A stretch of DNA of 64,000 bases. Source: Alphaproteobacteria bacterium (lineage in GTDB: Bacteria > Pseudomonadota > Alphaproteobacteria > Bin95). Shown piece after piece: positions 29,518 to 41,760 of this stretch. A program made the position numbers and the translations under genes. The DNA lies in contig JAJDYL010000180.1 in the NCBI GenBank assembly GCA_022825195.1, positions 9,604-73,603 of the forward strand. Direction: 5' to 3'. Each line of letters opens with the position of its first letter. Position 1 is the stretch's first letter. The notes below the pieces were generated by a model. The model did not search any database. It saw only the letters and a program-made list of their open reading frames with translations, and was not told the origin of the DNA.

Positions 29518-30719
29518 GCGCCCGGCAAGCACCGACCCGGCAAGGTAGAGCGAGCCGGCAATCAGCACCGGCCTGACGCCGGCGAGGCGTTCGAGGGCCG
29601 TTTCCACATTCGGCGCGGCGGCGGCGTCCATGCCTGCGGCCCGCGCCGTTTCCGCCAATGCTTCAGCAGGCACGGAAGCGTCGCTTCCGGGCACGGGCAC
29701 CGCGACCGTTCGCTCGACATGCGGCGCCAGCGCCGAGAGGAAACGGTCGCGGTCCTTGGTGTCCAGCATCCCGACGACAAGATCGAAGCGCTCGTGCCGC
29801 CCGGCCAGCCATGCCGCGATAACCTCGCCCGCAGCCGGGTTGTGGCCGCCGTCCAGCCAGATTTCCGGCGTCTCCGACAGCCGCTGCAGCCGCGCCGGCC
29901 AGCGCGCGGTTTCGAGGCCGCGAACCAGCGCCCGTTCCGGCAGGCCGAAGCCTTCGAGGCAGGCGAGCGCCAGGCCTGCATTGCCCGCCTGGTGCGCGCC
30001 TGCGAGGCCCAGTTCCGGCAGGGCAAGCACCATCCCGCGTCCGTAGAACACGCCTTCCGACACAAGCCAGTCGTCATAGACGGGCGCCCCCGCTTCCGCC
30101 GCCTTCGCCAGGATGACCGCTCTCGCCCCCTCCTCCTGAGGGGCGAGCACCAGCGGCGCGCCGGGCTTTATGATGCCGGCCTTCTCACCGGCGATTTCCG
30201 CCAGCGTCTCGCCGAGGAATTGCGTGTGGTCGCGGGCGACCGGCGTTATGGCGGTCACGGCCGGGCGTTCGACGACGTTGGTGGTGTCGAGCCGCCCGCC
30301 CAGCCCGACCTCCAGCAGCAGGACATCGGCGGGCGCGCGGGAGAAGGCGAGGAACGCCGCCGCCGTCGTGATCTCGAAGAAGGTGATCGGCCGGCCTTCG
30401 TTGGCCCGCTCGCACTCCTCCAGAAGCGCCAGGAGCTCGCCGTCGGGGAGCATTTCGCCCGCCACGACGATGCGCTCGTTGAACCGCACCAGGTGCGGAG
30501 AGGTATACGCATGCACGCGCCGCTCCGCCGCCTCCAGCATGGCGCGCATGAAGGCGACGGTCGAACCCTTGCCGTTGGTGCCGGCGACATGGATCGTGGG
30601 CGGCAGGCGGCGTTCGGGGTTCCCCAGCCGCTCCAGGAGCCATTGCACCCGGTCGAGCTTCAGGTCGATCAGCCTGGGATGCAGCGCCGTCAGCCGCGCC
30701 AGCACCGGGTCGAGCGCGT

Positions 30720-30723
<4 letters not shown>
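29506..30723 (-). CDS. folC: Bifunctional folylpolyglutamate synthase / dihydrofolate synthase
   Basis: This is the C-terminal part of ORF 29506..31719. Segments are HVAGTNGKGST and EVGLGGRLDTTN. The start is provisionally the TTG at 30723, overlapping the accD stop (GTTGA). The 3' end overlaps trxA convergently by 12 nt. Confidence 0.8.
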
Positions 30724-31675
<952 letters not shown>

Positions 31676-31679
<4 letters not shown>

Positions 31680-32479
31680 GTCCGCGCTCCCGCGACGCCG
31701 CCGGCAAGCGCGCCGGCAAGCGCGCTCACCCGCTCCAGCATGTCCGGCCCGCCGGCCCCGATCTCGCGGACGATCACGGACCCGACGACCGCCCCGTCCG
31801 CGACGCCGGCCACGGCGCCGGCCTGCTCGGCCGTGTTGATGCCGAAGCCGACCGCGACCGGCAGGTCGGTAAACCGGCGCAGCCGGGCGACGGCGAATTC
31901 CACGTCCACCATGGTCGGCGAGCGCGTGCCGGTGATGCCGGCGATGGAGACGTAATAGACGAAGCCGCTGGCGCGCTGGAGCACCAGAGGCAGCCGGTCC
32001 TCGTCCGTGGTCGGCGCGACGAGGCGGACGAGGTCGAGACCGGCGCGTTCGGCCGGGCCGCGCAGCTCCTCCTCCTCCTCCGGCGGCAGGTCCACGGTAA
32101 TCAGCCCGTCCACTCCCGCCGCCTTCGCATCCACCGCAAAACGCTCCGCGCCGTAGCGGTAGATCGGGTTGAAATAGCCCATGAGGACGATTGGCATCTC
32201 GTCGTCCTCCGCCCGGAAGGCGCGCACGAGGTCCAGAATACGGTTCATGTTCATGCCGGCCGCAAGGGCGCGCGCACCGCCCGCCTGCACCGTCGGCCCG
32301 TCCGCCATCGGGTCCGTGAACGAAACGCCGATCTCAATCAGGTCCGCGCCGGCATCCGCCAGGCGGCGCAGAATGGCGAGGCTGGTGTCGAAATCCGGGT
32401 CGCCGCCGCTCACGAAGGGTATGAAGGCCGCCCGGCCGGCCTCCTGCAATGCGGAGAAGCGCGCAGCGATCCGGCTCAC
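31676..32479 (-). CDS. trpA: Tryptophan synthase alpha chain
   Basis: This is the C-terminal 267 aa of ORF 31676..33391. The GTG at 32479 overlaps the trpB TGA (GTGA). Segments are [25 protein letters not shown] and [10 protein letters not shown]. Confidence 0.9.
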
Positions 32480-33696
32480 AGGTCGATCCCCAACGCTTCG
32501 CCGACGCTGAAGACATCCTTGTCGCCGCGCCCGCACATGTTCATCACAAGGATATGGTCCCGCGGCAAATCGGGCGCGGTGCGGATCACCCAGGCAAGCG
32601 CATGCGCCGGCTCCAGCGCCGGAATGATGCCCTCGAGCCGGGCGCAGAGCTGGAATGCTTCCAGCGCTTCCGCGTCCGTGGCCGACACGTATTCCGCCCG
32701 CCCGGCATCCTTGAGCCAGGCGTGCTCCGGCCCGATGCCCGGATAGTCGAGGCCGGCGGAGATGGAATGCGCGTCCGCAATCTGGCCGTCGTCGTTCTGG
32801 AGGAGATAGGTCCGGTTGCCGTGCAGTACGCCCGGAGAACCGCCGGTAAGCGAGGCAGCATGCGCCCCGCTCTCCAGCCCATGTCCCGCCGCTTCCACGC
32901 CGACGATTCGCACCTCCGGGTCGTCCAGAAACGGGTGGAACAGGCCTATGGCATTCGAGCCGCCGCCGATACAGGCGACCACCGTGTCCGGCAGCCGGCC
33001 CTCGGCCTCCGCAATCTGCGTGCGGACCTCGTCCCCGATGATGCACTGGAAATCCCGCACCATCTCCGGATAGGGCGCGGGGCCCGCCGCCGTGCCTATG
33101 ATGTAGAAAGTGTCGTGGACATTGGCGACCCAATCGCGCAGCGCCTCGTTGAGGGCGTCCTTGAGGGTCCGCGAGCCGCTCTCGACCGCCGTCACTTCCG
33201 CGCCGAGGAGGCGCATGCGGAAGACGTTGGGAGCCTGCCTGTCGATATCGACGGAGCCCATATAGACGGTGCAGGGCAGGTCGAACCGCGCGCAGACGGT
33301 TGCCGCCGCCACACCGTGCTGCCCGGCCCCGGTCTCGGCGATGATGCGCGTCTTGCCCATGCGGCGGGCGAGCAGGATCTGTCCGAGGCAATTGTTGATC
33401 TTGTGCGAACCGGTGTGGTTCAGCTCGTCCCGCTTGAAGTAGATCTTCGCGCCGCCCAGATGCTCTGTCAGCCGTTCAGCGAAATAGAGCGGGCTCGGCC
33501 GGCCGGTATAGTGCTTGTGGAACCGGCCCATCTCTTCGTGGAAGGCCGGGTCGTTCTTCGCCTCCTCGTAGGCGGCGCCGACCTCCCGGATGAGCGGCAT
33601 CAGCGTTTCGGCGACATAGCGGCCGCCGTAGAGGCCGAAATGACCCCGCTCGTCCGGCCCCGTGCGGTAGCTGTTGGCGGCGGTATCGGGACTCAT
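32476..33696 (-). CDS. trpB: Tryptophan synthase beta chain
   Basis: From ORF 32476..33840, using the internal ATG at 33696 ([10 protein letters not shown]...). Segments are [16 protein letters not shown] and [11 protein letters not shown] (PLP lysine). Confidence 0.95.
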   Translation of the reverse strand: MSPDTAANSYRTGPDERGHFGLYGGRYVAETLMPLIREVGAAYEEAKNDPAFHEEMGRFHKHYTGRPSPLYFAERLTEHLGGAKIYFKRDELNHTGSHKINNCLGQILLARRMGKTRIIAETGAGQHGVAAATVCARFDLPCTVYMGSVDIDRQAPNVFRMRLLGAEVTAVESGSRTLKDALNEALRDWVANVHDTFYIIGTAAGPAPYPEMVRDFQCIIGDEVRTQIAEAEGRLPDTVVACIGGGSNAIGLFHPFLDDPEVRIVGVEAAGHGLESGAHAASLTGGSPGVLHGNRTYLLQNDDGQIADAHSISAGLDYPGIGPEHAWLKDAGRAEYVSATDAEALEAFQLCARLEGIIPALEPAHALAWVIRTAPDLPRDHILVMNMCGRGDKDVFSVGEALGIDL

Positions 33697-33754
33697 CGCG
33701 TTCGTTCCCCGGGTCGCGCAATTGCGCCGGACCATACGCGGCCGGGCGCCGGAT

Positions 33755-34396
33755 TCAAAGCGCCGCGGCCTCCCCCAGGAAGGCGCGGACCAGCGCCGGG
33801 TCCTTGACGCCCCGGCTCCGTTCCACGCCGGACGACACATCGACCATGCGCGCCCCGGAGACGCGCACCGCGCTCCGCAGATTGGCGGCCGTCAACCCGC
33901 CGGACAACAGCCAGGGCAGGTTCGGCAAGGGCGCGGTCAGCAGCGACCAGTCGAAGGTGCGGGCATTGCCGCCCGGAAGCCGCGCACCCCTGGGAGGGCG
34001 CGCGTCGAACAGAAGGCGGTCGGCGGCGCCCTCGAAAGCGAAGGAAGCCTGGACATCCGCCCGTTCCGCGACAGGCACGGCCTTCCATACCTTGCGCCCG
34101 AATTTCGTGCGAAGTTCGGCGACCCGTTCGGGTGTTTCCCGGCCGTGCAGTTGCAGCACGTCGAGCCCGGACGCCTCCGCCGCCCGACCGATGGCCTCGT
34201 CGTCAGCATCCACGAACAGCCCGACCTTGAGCATGCCGGGCGGAACACCGGACGAGAGCAGGGCTGCGGCATCCGGCGATATTTCCCGCGGACTTCCGGA
34301 GACGAAGGCGAAGCCGACCGCCGCCGCGCCGCCTTTCACGGCACTTTCCAGAACCTCCCGGTCCCGAATGCCGCAAATCTTGACCGGGACCGGCAT
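33755..34396 (-). CDS. trpF: Phosphoribosylanthranilate isomerase
   Basis: A 213-aa ORF with [13 protein letters not shown] and VDVSSGVE. Confidence 0.9.
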   Translation of the reverse strand: MPVPVKICGIRDREVLESAVKGGAAAVGFAFVSGSPREISPDAAALLSSGVPPGMLKVGLFVDADDEAIGRAAEASGLDVLQLHGRETPERVAELRTKFGRKVWKAVPVAERADVQASFAFEGAADRLLFDARPPRGARLPGGNARTFDWSLLTAPLPNLPWLLSGGLTAANLRSAVRVSGARMVDVSSGVERSRGVKDPALVRAFLGEAAAL

Positions 34397-34704
34397 CAGG
34401 GGGCGGCGGGCAGTACCGCGTTCTTTCCGGTCGCGCGCTCCGGCGCCGCTTTCTGCCGTGCGCCCGTCCCGGCCGCATGCCGGCGCAGGCGGCGGCTGCG
34501 CGCCCTGCCGCCCGCAATTCTGGCAAACGCCCAGCCTGCAATCAGACCGGCCGCCAGCGGCACCAGAACGACCAGGTAAACCGGCAACAGTATCGTCGAT
34601 CCAAACGGAAAAACACCGATCGCTACTTCATGCATGTTTTCGACTGCAAAGAGGGCTGCAATCAGGGCGATCGCCAGAATGCAAGCTGCCCGGACGAACG
34701 CCAC
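34396..34704 (-). CDS. LapA-like / DUF1049 small inner-membrane protein
   Basis: A 102-aa ORF with two predicted TM helices and a basic tail. It occupies the usual alphaproteobacterial position between ihfB and trpF (from memory). Confidence 0.55.
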   Translation of the reverse strand: MAFVRAACILAIALIAALFAVENMHEVAIGVFPFGSTILLPVYLVVLVPLAAGLIAGWAFARIAGGRARSRRLRRHAAGTGARQKAAPERATGKNAVLPAAP

Positions 34705-34717
34705 GACAATCCCGCCC

Positions 34718-35011
34718 TTAATCCGATTCCCTGTTCAAGCGCTCACGAAGGCGTTTGCCTGCCTTGAAGGCAGGAAGAAATTTCGCCTCGACGCTCACGG
34801 GCGCGCCAGTCGCCGGATTGCGACCGATGCGTGCGTGTCTCCGCTTGGCCCAAAACGCGCCGAATCCACGCAATTCAACGCGGTCTCCCTGCGATAAGGC
34901 TTCGGAGATTTCATCGAAAAAGGTTGCAACTAACTTCACCGCATCGCTGTAGGCTAATTCGGGGTTTCGCTCTGCAATTCGCCTGATGAGTTCGGAACGC
35001 GTCATGTACAA
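34718..35011 (-). CDS. ihfB: Integration host factor beta subunit
   Basis: [12 protein letters not shown]...[50 protein letters not shown] is the HU/IHF fold with a beta-type N-terminus. The start may be at 35005. Confidence 0.9.
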   Translation of the reverse strand: MYMTRSELIRRIAERNPELAYSDAVKLVATFFDEISEALSQGDRVELRGFGAFWAKRRHARIGRNPATGAPVSVEAKFLPAFKAGKRLRERLNRESD

Positions 35012-35035
35012 ACCCCCATCGTCGGCAAGATAGAA

Positions 35036-35950
35036 TTAAAGTGCAGGATGCCAAACCGCTATCAGCCCGTCAAGCAAAAGACTTTCCGCAGCGGTGCTTT
35101 TTCCAAGCAATCGGCCCGTAATCCGATCCAGCCAGCCTGCCTTGCTTTCCGGGTCCCGGTCAATAGCGGCCAGGCTGCGATCTACACCCCGCTCGGCCGC
35201 CAACCAGTCTCGCGCCGCGGCCTCGCCGCCGATGGCGTCAACGAGGCCGTTTCCAACGGCCGACCGCCCCGTGAAGACGCGCCCGTCCGCCACGGCCAGA
35301 ACCTCCGCCCTGCTGAGCGGCCGCCGGTCGGCCACCATATCGACGAACATGGCGAACATTTCGTCCACGAGAGCCTGCGCGGCGGCGCGTCCGGCAGGCG
35401 TCAGCCGCTCGACCGGGTTGGGCACCGTCTTGAGCGGACCGCTGCGCACCATCTCCACGCCGATGCCGAGCGTTTCCAGAAGGCCCGCAACCTGCGGCGC
35501 CTGGAGGATGACGCCGATGGAGCCTGTCAGCGTGGCGTTGCGCGCGAAAATGCGGTCCGCGCCGATGGCGACCAGATAGGCGCCCGACGCCGCCGTTGCG
35601 CCCAGCAGTGCCGCGACGGGTTTGACGGACCCTACTTTCCTGACCGCCATGTAAAGCGCTTCTGCCGCCGCCGCGGACCCGCCGGAACTGTCGATAACGA
35701 CCAGAAGCGCCTTTACGCTCTCATCCGCGGCGATTTCATCCAGCTGCCGGTGCAGCGCGCGGTCGTCGCGAATGAACCCCTCGACATGGATTCGCGCCAC
35801 ATGGTCGCTACCGCCGTCGACGGGGCCCGTCGCAACATAGAGGACGGCTGCAAGCGCGGTCGCCGCTGCCAGAACCGCCGCCATGCGCCACAGCCGAAGC
35901 TGGCGCTTCAGCCGCGCTTGGTGAGGCCGGGACGTGGGGTTGCCGGCCAT
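35036..35950 (-). CDS. sppA: Signal peptide peptidase SppA (36K type)
   Basis: It has an N-terminal TM helix. Segments are VVIDSSGGSAAAAEAL and ASGAYLVAIGADRIFA (ClpP/crotonase-fold serine peptidase). Confidence 0.8.
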   Translation of the reverse strand: MAGNPTSRPHQARLKRQLRLWRMAAVLAAATALAAVLYVATGPVDGGSDHVARIHVEGFIRDDRALHRQLDEIAADESVKALLVVIDSSGGSAAAAEALYMAVRKVGSVKPVAALLGATAASGAYLVAIGADRIFARNATLTGSIGVILQAPQVAGLLETLGIGVEMVRSGPLKTVPNPVERLTPAGRAAAQALVDEMFAMFVDMVADRRPLSRAEVLAVADGRVFTGRSAVGNGLVDAIGGEAAARDWLAAERGVDRSLAAIDRDPESKAGWLDRITGRLLGKSTAAESLLLDGLIAVWHPAL

Positions 35951-35969
35951 TCAGGGCCGCAGCTCCGGG

Positions 35970-37718
35970 TCAGTTGTCGTCGGTTTCCTCCTGCTGCGCC
36001 CGGTTGCGGAGCGCCGCGCCGAGGATATCGCCCAGGCTGGCACCGCTGTCGGACGAGCCGAATTGTTCCATCGCAGAGCGTTCCTCGTCGATTTCCAGCG
36101 CCTTGATCGACAGCTGGATACGCCGGCCGGCCTTGTCCACCTGGGTGATCTTGGCATCGACGCGCTCGCCGACGGCGAAACGGTCCGGGCGCTGCTCGGA
36201 ACGTTCCCGCCCAAGCTCGCTCCGGCGGATGATGCCGGTCAGGTCGCCGGGCAGCGTTACCTCGATGGCATTCTCCAGCACGGCCGCCACGGTCACCGTC
36301 ATCACGGAGCCGCGGCGCACGCCGCCGCCGCGCGGTCCGCCGCGCGTGGCGCTCTCGAACGGATCCTCGGTGAGTTGCTTGATGCCGAGGCTGATGCGCT
36401 CCTTCTCGACGTCCACATCCAGAATTTTCGCCTGGACCGTGTCGCCCCGGGAGAAGTCCTGCACCGCTTCGTCGCCCTGCCGGCCCCATGCGAGGTCGGA
36501 AAGATGCACCATGCCGTCGATCTCGCCCGGCAGGCCGACGAACAGGCCGAACTCGGTAATGTTCTTGACCTCGCCCTCGACAGTGCTGCCGAGCGGGAAT
36601 TGCTCCAGGAAGCTCTCCCACGGATTGCCCTGCGTCTGCTTGATGCCGAGGCTGATCCGGCGCTTTTCCAGGTCGAGGTCGAGGATGCGCACGTCCACTT
36701 CCTGGCTTGTGGAGACGATCTTGCCGGGATGAACGTTTTTCTTGGTCCAGCTCATCTCCGAGACATGGACGAGGCCCTCGACGCCCGGCTCCAGCTCGAC
36801 GAACGCACCGTAGTCCGTGATGTTGGTGACGCGGCCGCGGTAATTCGCGCCCACCGGGTATTTGAGCGCCACGCCCTCCCACGGGTCGACCTGCAACTGC
36901 TTCATGCCGAGCGAGATGCGCTGGGTTTCGAGGTTGAAGCGGATGACCTGGACCTCGACCGTCTGGCCGATCTGGAGCGCTTCGCTCGGATGATTGATCC
37001 GGTGCCACGCGATATCCGTGACATGCAGCAGTCCGTCAACGCCGCCAAGGTCGATGAACGCGCCGTAGTCGGTGATGTTCTTGACGACGCCGTTGAGGAC
37101 CTGGCCCTCGCGCAGGTTGGCGATCAGCTCGTTGCGCGCCTCGGCCCGGCTTTCCTCCAGCACCGCGCGCCGCGACACCACGATATTGCCGCGCGACCGG
37201 TCCATCTTGAGGATCAGGAAAGGCTGCGGCGCCCCCATAAGAGGCCCGATGTCCCGCACGGGCCGGATGTCCACCTGGCTGCCGGGCAGGAAGGCGACCG
37301 CGCCCGAAAGGTCGACGGTGAACCCGCCCTTCACCTTGCCGAAAATGACGCCGGAGACCTTGTCGCTGTCCTTGAACGCGCTTTCCAGATGGCTCCAGGC
37401 TTCCTCGCGCTTCGCCTTGTCGCGGCTGAGCACCGCCTCGCCGTTCTTGTCCTCCAGGCGCTCGACATAGATCTCGACCTCGTCGCCCGTCGAGATTTCC
37501 GCCGGCCGGCCGGGCGTCGCGAATTCCTTGAGGGGCACACGCCCTTCCGCCTTGAGCCCGACATCGATCAGCGCCATGTCGTTTTCGACCGCGATGACCC
37601 TGCCTTTGACAACCGTTCCTTCGAAGCCCTTCGTCGCTTCCAGCGACTCTTCCAGCAGAGCTGCGAAGTTTTCCTTTTCGGCGCCTGCCGCGCCGGTTTC
37701 GGCAAGAGAAGTAGCCAT
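35970..37718 (-). CDS. rpsA: 30S ribosomal protein S1
   Basis: From ORF 35970..37760, starting at MATSLAETGAAGAEKENFAALLEESL. It has six S1 repeats (GxVxxITDYGAFIDLGGVDGLLHVT-type). Confidence 0.95.
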   Translation of the reverse strand: MATSLAETGAAGAEKENFAALLEESLEATKGFEGTVVKGRVIAVENDMALIDVGLKAEGRVPLKEFATPGRPAEISTGDEVEIYVERLEDKNGEAVLSRDKAKREEAWSHLESAFKDSDKVSGVIFGKVKGGFTVDLSGAVAFLPGSQVDIRPVRDIGPLMGAPQPFLILKMDRSRGNIVVSRRAVLEESRAEARNELIANLREGQVLNGVVKNITDYGAFIDLGGVDGLLHVTDIAWHRINHPSEALQIGQTVEVQVIRFNLETQRISLGMKQLQVDPWEGVALKYPVGANYRGRVTNITDYGAFVELEPGVEGLVHVSEMSWTKKNVHPGKIVSTSQEVDVRILDLDLEKRRISLGIKQTQGNPWESFLEQFPLGSTVEGEVKNITEFGLFVGLPGEIDGMVHLSDLAWGRQGDEAVQDFSRGDTVQAKILDVDVEKERISLGIKQLTEDPFESATRGGPRGGGVRRGSVMTVTVAAVLENAIEVTLPGDLTGIIRRSELGRERSEQRPDRFAVGERVDAKITQVDKAGRRIQLSIKALEIDEERSAMEQFGSSDSGASLGDILGAALRNRAQQEETDDN

Positions 37719-37801
37719 TCGGCTGTTGCGTTCCTTTCCAACTGCAAACCGGCTCGCCATCCGCGCTCCCCGGCGAACGACAGGCCAGTCCTTCCATATT
37801 C

Positions 37802-38452
37802 TCAGCTCGGGCCCGACCCGCCTTCCAAACCCGCGAGACGCTCATTCGCCAACAGCAATGCCCGCTCGAAGACCGCATCCGGGGCCATCCCCGTGGTGTC
37901 GATCTCGACGGCATCGTCTGCCGGCCGCAATGGCGCGGTCGTCCGGGCGCTATCTCTCGAGTCGCGCGCGGCAACCTCGGCCAGAACCTGCGGCAACATA
38001 TGCCTTTCCCCCCGGGACCGCAACTCTTCCAGACGCCGGCGGGCGCGCTCCTCGACGCTGGCCGTCACGAACAGCTTGAGCTCCGCCTCCGGGCAGATGA
38101 CGGTTCCGGTATCGCGTCCGTCGAGCACGGCCCCCGGCGGCATCGCCGCCACGCGCCTCTGAAAGGCCAGCAGCGCAGTCCGCACCGCCGGCAGGGCCGC
38201 CACGCGGGACGCCGCATCGCTTACGTCCCCGGTCCGCAGGCCCGGATCCTCCAGCGCGGCCGGATCCAGCATTTCGGCATGCGCCGCGGCCTCCGCGCCG
38301 TCGTCCGGATCGCCCCCCGCATCCAGCACCGATTTCGCGACGGCGCGGTAAAGCGCGCCCGTGTCGAGATAGACGTAGCCGAGCGCGGCTGCCAGCCGGC
38401 GCGCCAGCGTGCCCTTGCCGGCCGCCGCCGGCCCGTCGATCGTGACGATCAC
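37802..38452 (-). CDS. cmk: Cytidylate kinase
   Basis: It starts [21 protein letters not shown]. The start overlaps the aroA stop. Confidence 0.9.
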   Translation of the reverse strand: MIVTIDGPAAAGKGTLARRLAAALGYVYLDTGALYRAVAKSVLDAGGDPDDGAEAAAHAEMLDPAALEDPGLRTGDVSDAASRVAALPAVRTALLAFQRRVAAMPPGAVLDGRDTGTVICPEAELKLFVTASVEERARRRLEELRSRGERHMLPQVLAEVAARDSRDSARTTAPLRPADDAVEIDTTGMAPDAVFERALLLANERLAGLEGGSGPS

Positions 38453-39825
38453 GCCTCGATCGCCGCACCGAGCCCGTTCATGGACTCGACAAAGCCCGGG
38501 AAAGAGGTCGCCACGGGCGCGATGTCGTCGATCCGCACAGCGTCGCGCGCGCCCATGCCCAGCACCATGAAGGCCATGGCGATCCGGTGGTCGAGCCGGC
38601 TGGCGATTTCGACGCCGCCCTTCGGCTGGCCCCCCTCGACCTCGAGCGTGTCGGCGCTCTCCCGCACCTTGACGCCGCAGGCCGCCAGCCCGGCCGCCAT
38701 GGCGCCCAGCCGGTCGCTCTCCTTGACGCGCAGCTCGGCCAGCCCGGACATGCGGGTCGTTCCCTCCGCGAACGCCGCGACCGCAGCCAGCACGGGGAAC
38801 TCGTCGATCATGCTCGGCACGCGCTCCGGCGGCACATCGACCGCGGTGAGAGGGCTCCAGGTCACGGTCAGGTCGCCCACCGGCTCGCCGCCCTCCGCGC
38901 GTTCATTGGCGATGACGAGTCCCGCGCCCATTTCGCGAAGCGTTTCGATGAACCCGATGCGGCCGGGATTGAGGCCGACGCCGGAGACGGTCACCCGCGA
39001 CCCCTCGAGAATGGCGGCCGCCGCAAGCGGGAAGGCCGCCGACGAAACATCGCCCGGCACGGAAATCGCGCGCGCAACCAGCTCCGGCTCGCCGGTCAGC
39101 CGCACGAGGCCGCCGTCCTCCTGCTGCACGCATGCTCCGAAATGCCGCAGCATGCGCTCCGTATGGTCGCGCGTGGGCGACGGCTCCACGACCACGGTTT
39201 CGCCCGGCGTGTTGAGGCCGGCCAGCAATACTGCGGACTTGACCTGCGCCGAGGCGACCGGCAGCTCGTAGCGCACCGGCACGGCGCTGCCTGTGCCGAC
39301 GACCGTCAGCGGCAGGCGTCCGTCCGCCCGGCCGTGGAAGGCGGCGCCGAATCGCGACAGCGGTTCGCTCACCCGGCGCATCGGACGCGACCTGAGCGAA
39401 GCGTCGCCGGTCAGGGTCGCGGTCAGCGGATGGGTCGCCAGCAAACCCAGCAGCAAGCGGGCGGCCGTGCCCGAATTGCCCATGTCGAGCACGTCTTCCG
39501 GCTCCGCGAGTCCGCCGACTCCGCGACCGTGCACGCACCAACGGCCCGCGCCCGTGCGCTCCACTTCAACGCCCAATGCGCGCAGCGCCGCGGCCGTCGC
39601 CAACACGTCCTCGCCCTCGAGCAGCCCTTCTATCCGGGTCTCCCCGACCGCAACCCCGGCCAGCATAAGCGCCCGGTGGGAAACGGATTTGTCGCCCGGC
39701 GCCTGCGTCGTTCCTTCGAGGGCGCCGCAGGGGTGCGAGACCGCCACGCCTGTCCTGGTCAACCGTTTTTCCTCCAAACCCGTCCGAACCGCGGGTAGAA
39801 TTGGTTTTGACACTCCACCGGCCAT
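38449..39825 (-). CDS. aroA: 3-phosphoshikimate 1-carboxyvinyltransferase (EPSP synthase)
   Basis: From ORF 38449..39927, using the internal ATG at 39825. Segments are [13 protein letters not shown] and [13 protein letters not shown]. Confidence 0.9.
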   Translation of the reverse strand: MAGGVSKPILPAVRTGLEEKRLTRTGVAVSHPCGALEGTTQAPGDKSVSHRALMLAGVAVGETRIEGLLEGEDVLATAAALRALGVEVERTGAGRWCVHGRGVGGLAEPEDVLDMGNSGTAARLLLGLLATHPLTATLTGDASLRSRPMRRVSEPLSRFGAAFHGRADGRLPLTVVGTGSAVPVRYELPVASAQVKSAVLLAGLNTPGETVVVEPSPTRDHTERMLRHFGACVQQEDGGLVRLTGEPELVARAISVPGDVSSAAFPLAAAAILEGSRVTVSGVGLNPGRIGFIETLREMGAGLVIANERAEGGEPVGDLTVTWSPLTAVDVPPERVPSMIDEFPVLAAVAAFAEGTTRMSGLAELRVKESDRLGAMAAGLAACGVKVRESADTLEVEGGQPKGGVEIASRLDHRIAMAFMVLGMGARDAVRIDDIAPVATSFPGFVESMNGLGAAIEA

Positions 39826-39874
39826 CTGGCAAACGCTCGCCGCTTTCGTTTTGCCCAATTTCCGGAGACCGCCC

Positions 39875-40198
39875 GTGGCCCGTCCGAATCTCGGCAGCAA
39901 GCGTGTCTGTCCATCATGCAGCGTCAAGTTCTACGACCTCGGAAGAGACCCCGCGATATGCCCGGATTGCGGGGCGAAGTATCCGCAGGCGACCTTCCAG
40001 AAGCCCCGCCGCGCCAGGCCGCCCGTCGCGCGCGCGGCGCCGAAGAAGCCGACCCCGAAGGAATCGGCCGACGAGGACATCGTCCTTGACGGCGAGGAAG
40101 AGAACGACGAGGACGTGGACGATCTGGACGACGATGAAGACGATCTCGGCGACGTCGTCTCCACCGGCAGCGCAAAGGGAGAAGACGACGACCGCTGA
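39875..40198 (+). CDS. TIGR02300-type zinc-ribbon protein with acidic tail (FYDLN family)
   Basis: An in-frame GTG at 39875 gives [36 protein letters not shown] followed by an Asp/Glu-rich tail. Confidence 0.7.
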   Translation: MARPNLGSKRVCPSCSVKFYDLGRDPAICPDCGAKYPQATFQKPRRARPPVARAAPKKPTPKESADEDIVLDGEEENDEDVDDLDDDEDDLGDVVSTGSAKGEDDDR

Positions 40199-40297
40199 GC
40201 CGCCGACGCGGACTTGCCGGATATCGGCAGCCGCGACTATAATTGCCCGTCCCCGGCGAGCCTGCCTCGGGCCTGCGCAGCGGGCGGACATCCTTGG

Positions 40298-40373
<76 letters not shown>

Positions 40374-40382
40374 ACCCACCCG

Positions 40383-40410
40383 AAAGGCCCGGCCGAGCGC
40401 CGGGCCTTTT
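40383..40410 (+). terminator. Rho-independent terminator after tRNA-Ala
   Basis: The stem aaaggcccgg / ccgggccttt has a 7-nt loop and is followed by a T run (ggcctttt). Confidence 0.6.
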
Positions 40411-40448
40411 GCCGATAGGCCCGGGCGGCGGGACTTGAAGGCGCCGGC

Positions 40449-41690
40449 ATGCCCCGACGGGCCGTAGCCGCAGCACCGCTGCGCCTGCTGTCGCGCAAGC
40501 GCTTCCGCCTGGCCTGGGCGGCCGGGGCGCTGGCCGGCGGCGTGCGCTGGCTGGAAGTGCTGGCCGTGGGCTGGTTCATCGTCGAAGAAACGGGCTCGCC
40601 GATGGCGGTCGCGCTCGTTCTGTTTCTCCGCCAGGCGCCGATGTTCCTGCTGGGCGCCTTTGCGGGCGCCATCTCGGAACGAGGCGATCGCCGGGTAATT
40701 CTGCTCGCCGCTTTCACCGTCATGACCGCGGTCATGGCGTTGCTGGCCGTTCTTGCATTCCTCGGCTGGCTGACCGTCTATCACGTCGCGGCCGGGGTCT
40801 TTTGCAGCGGGGTCATCTGGGCGCTCGACTTCCCGGTCAGGCGTACCATGCTCGGTGAGCTCGCCGGACCATCGCGCTTCGGCACCGCCATGGCCCTGGA
40901 CAGCGCGACCACCAACCTTACCCGGATGCTGGGGCCGCTCGCCGGCGGCGCCCTGATGCTCACCATCGGCATATCGGGCGCCTATCTGGCCGGCGCGGCC
41001 TGCTTCGGCGGCGGTGCGCTCCTGCTGCTGTTTACCTCCTACCGGAGGCCGCCGGCGCCGCCTGCCGGCAGGGGCCTGATCGCCGATATCCGCGACGCCT
41101 TCGCCTATCTGCCGCATGCGCCGGCGGTTCTGGGCACTGTCCTGCTCACCGTGATGATGAATGTCTTCGGCTTCCCTTACCTCAACATGATCCCGGTTAT
41201 CGGCAAGGACGAACTCGAACTCGACGCGCTCGCGACCGGCTCGCTGATGTCTGCGGAAGCGGCGACGGCCCTGGCTACGGCGCTGGTCATCGCCGCGCTC
41301 GTCCGGCCACGCCACTTCCTGCGGCTCTATGTCATTTCAGGTGCGGCGTTCCTTGCATGCGTTATCGGCTTTTCCTTCACCCCCGGCTATCCCGAGGCCA
41401 TGGCCGTGTTGCTGGCCAGCGGCATCGGCTTTGCGGGTTTCTCGGCCATGCAGGGCACGCTGATCCTTCACAGCGCCGCGCCGGCGATCCGCGCGCGTAT
41501 CATGGGCGTGATGACGGTCGCGATCGGCGCGGGCGGGCCTGTCGGCACCCTGCATGTCGGGTTCATGGCGGAGCATCTGGGCGCCCAGACCGCTGTCGGC
41601 GTCATGGCGGCGGAAGGGCTCGCCTGCATGGCTCTGGTGCTGCTTGCCATTCCCTCGCTCCGCCCCTGGCGGCGGCCCGCGACATCCTAG
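40449..41690 (+). CDS. MFS transporter
   Basis: A 413-aa ORF with about 12 hydrophobic segments and an MFS-like loop motif (DRRVILL). Confidence 0.75.
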   Translation: MPRRAVAAAPLRLLSRKRFRLAWAAGALAGGVRWLEVLAVGWFIVEETGSPMAVALVLFLRQAPMFLLGAFAGAISERGDRRVILLAAFTVMTAVMALLAVLAFLGWLTVYHVAAGVFCSGVIWALDFPVRRTMLGELAGPSRFGTAMALDSATTNLTRMLGPLAGGALMLTIGISGAYLAGAACFGGGALLLLFTSYRRPPAPPAGRGLIADIRDAFAYLPHAPAVLGTVLLTVMMNVFGFPYLNMIPVIGKDELELDALATGSLMSAEAATALATALVIAALVRPRHFLRLYVISGAAFLACVIGFSFTPGYPEAMAVLLASGIGFAGFSAMQGTLILHSAAPAIRARIMGVMTVAIGAGGPVGTLHVGFMAEHLGAQTAVGVMAAEGLACMALVLLAIPSLRPWRRPATS

Positions 41691-41760
41691 CCCGCACCTT
41701 TCCTTGCCGGCGTCCGGGGCGCATTATGCCCGCCGACCTGCCAGAAGGATCCGCATTCCC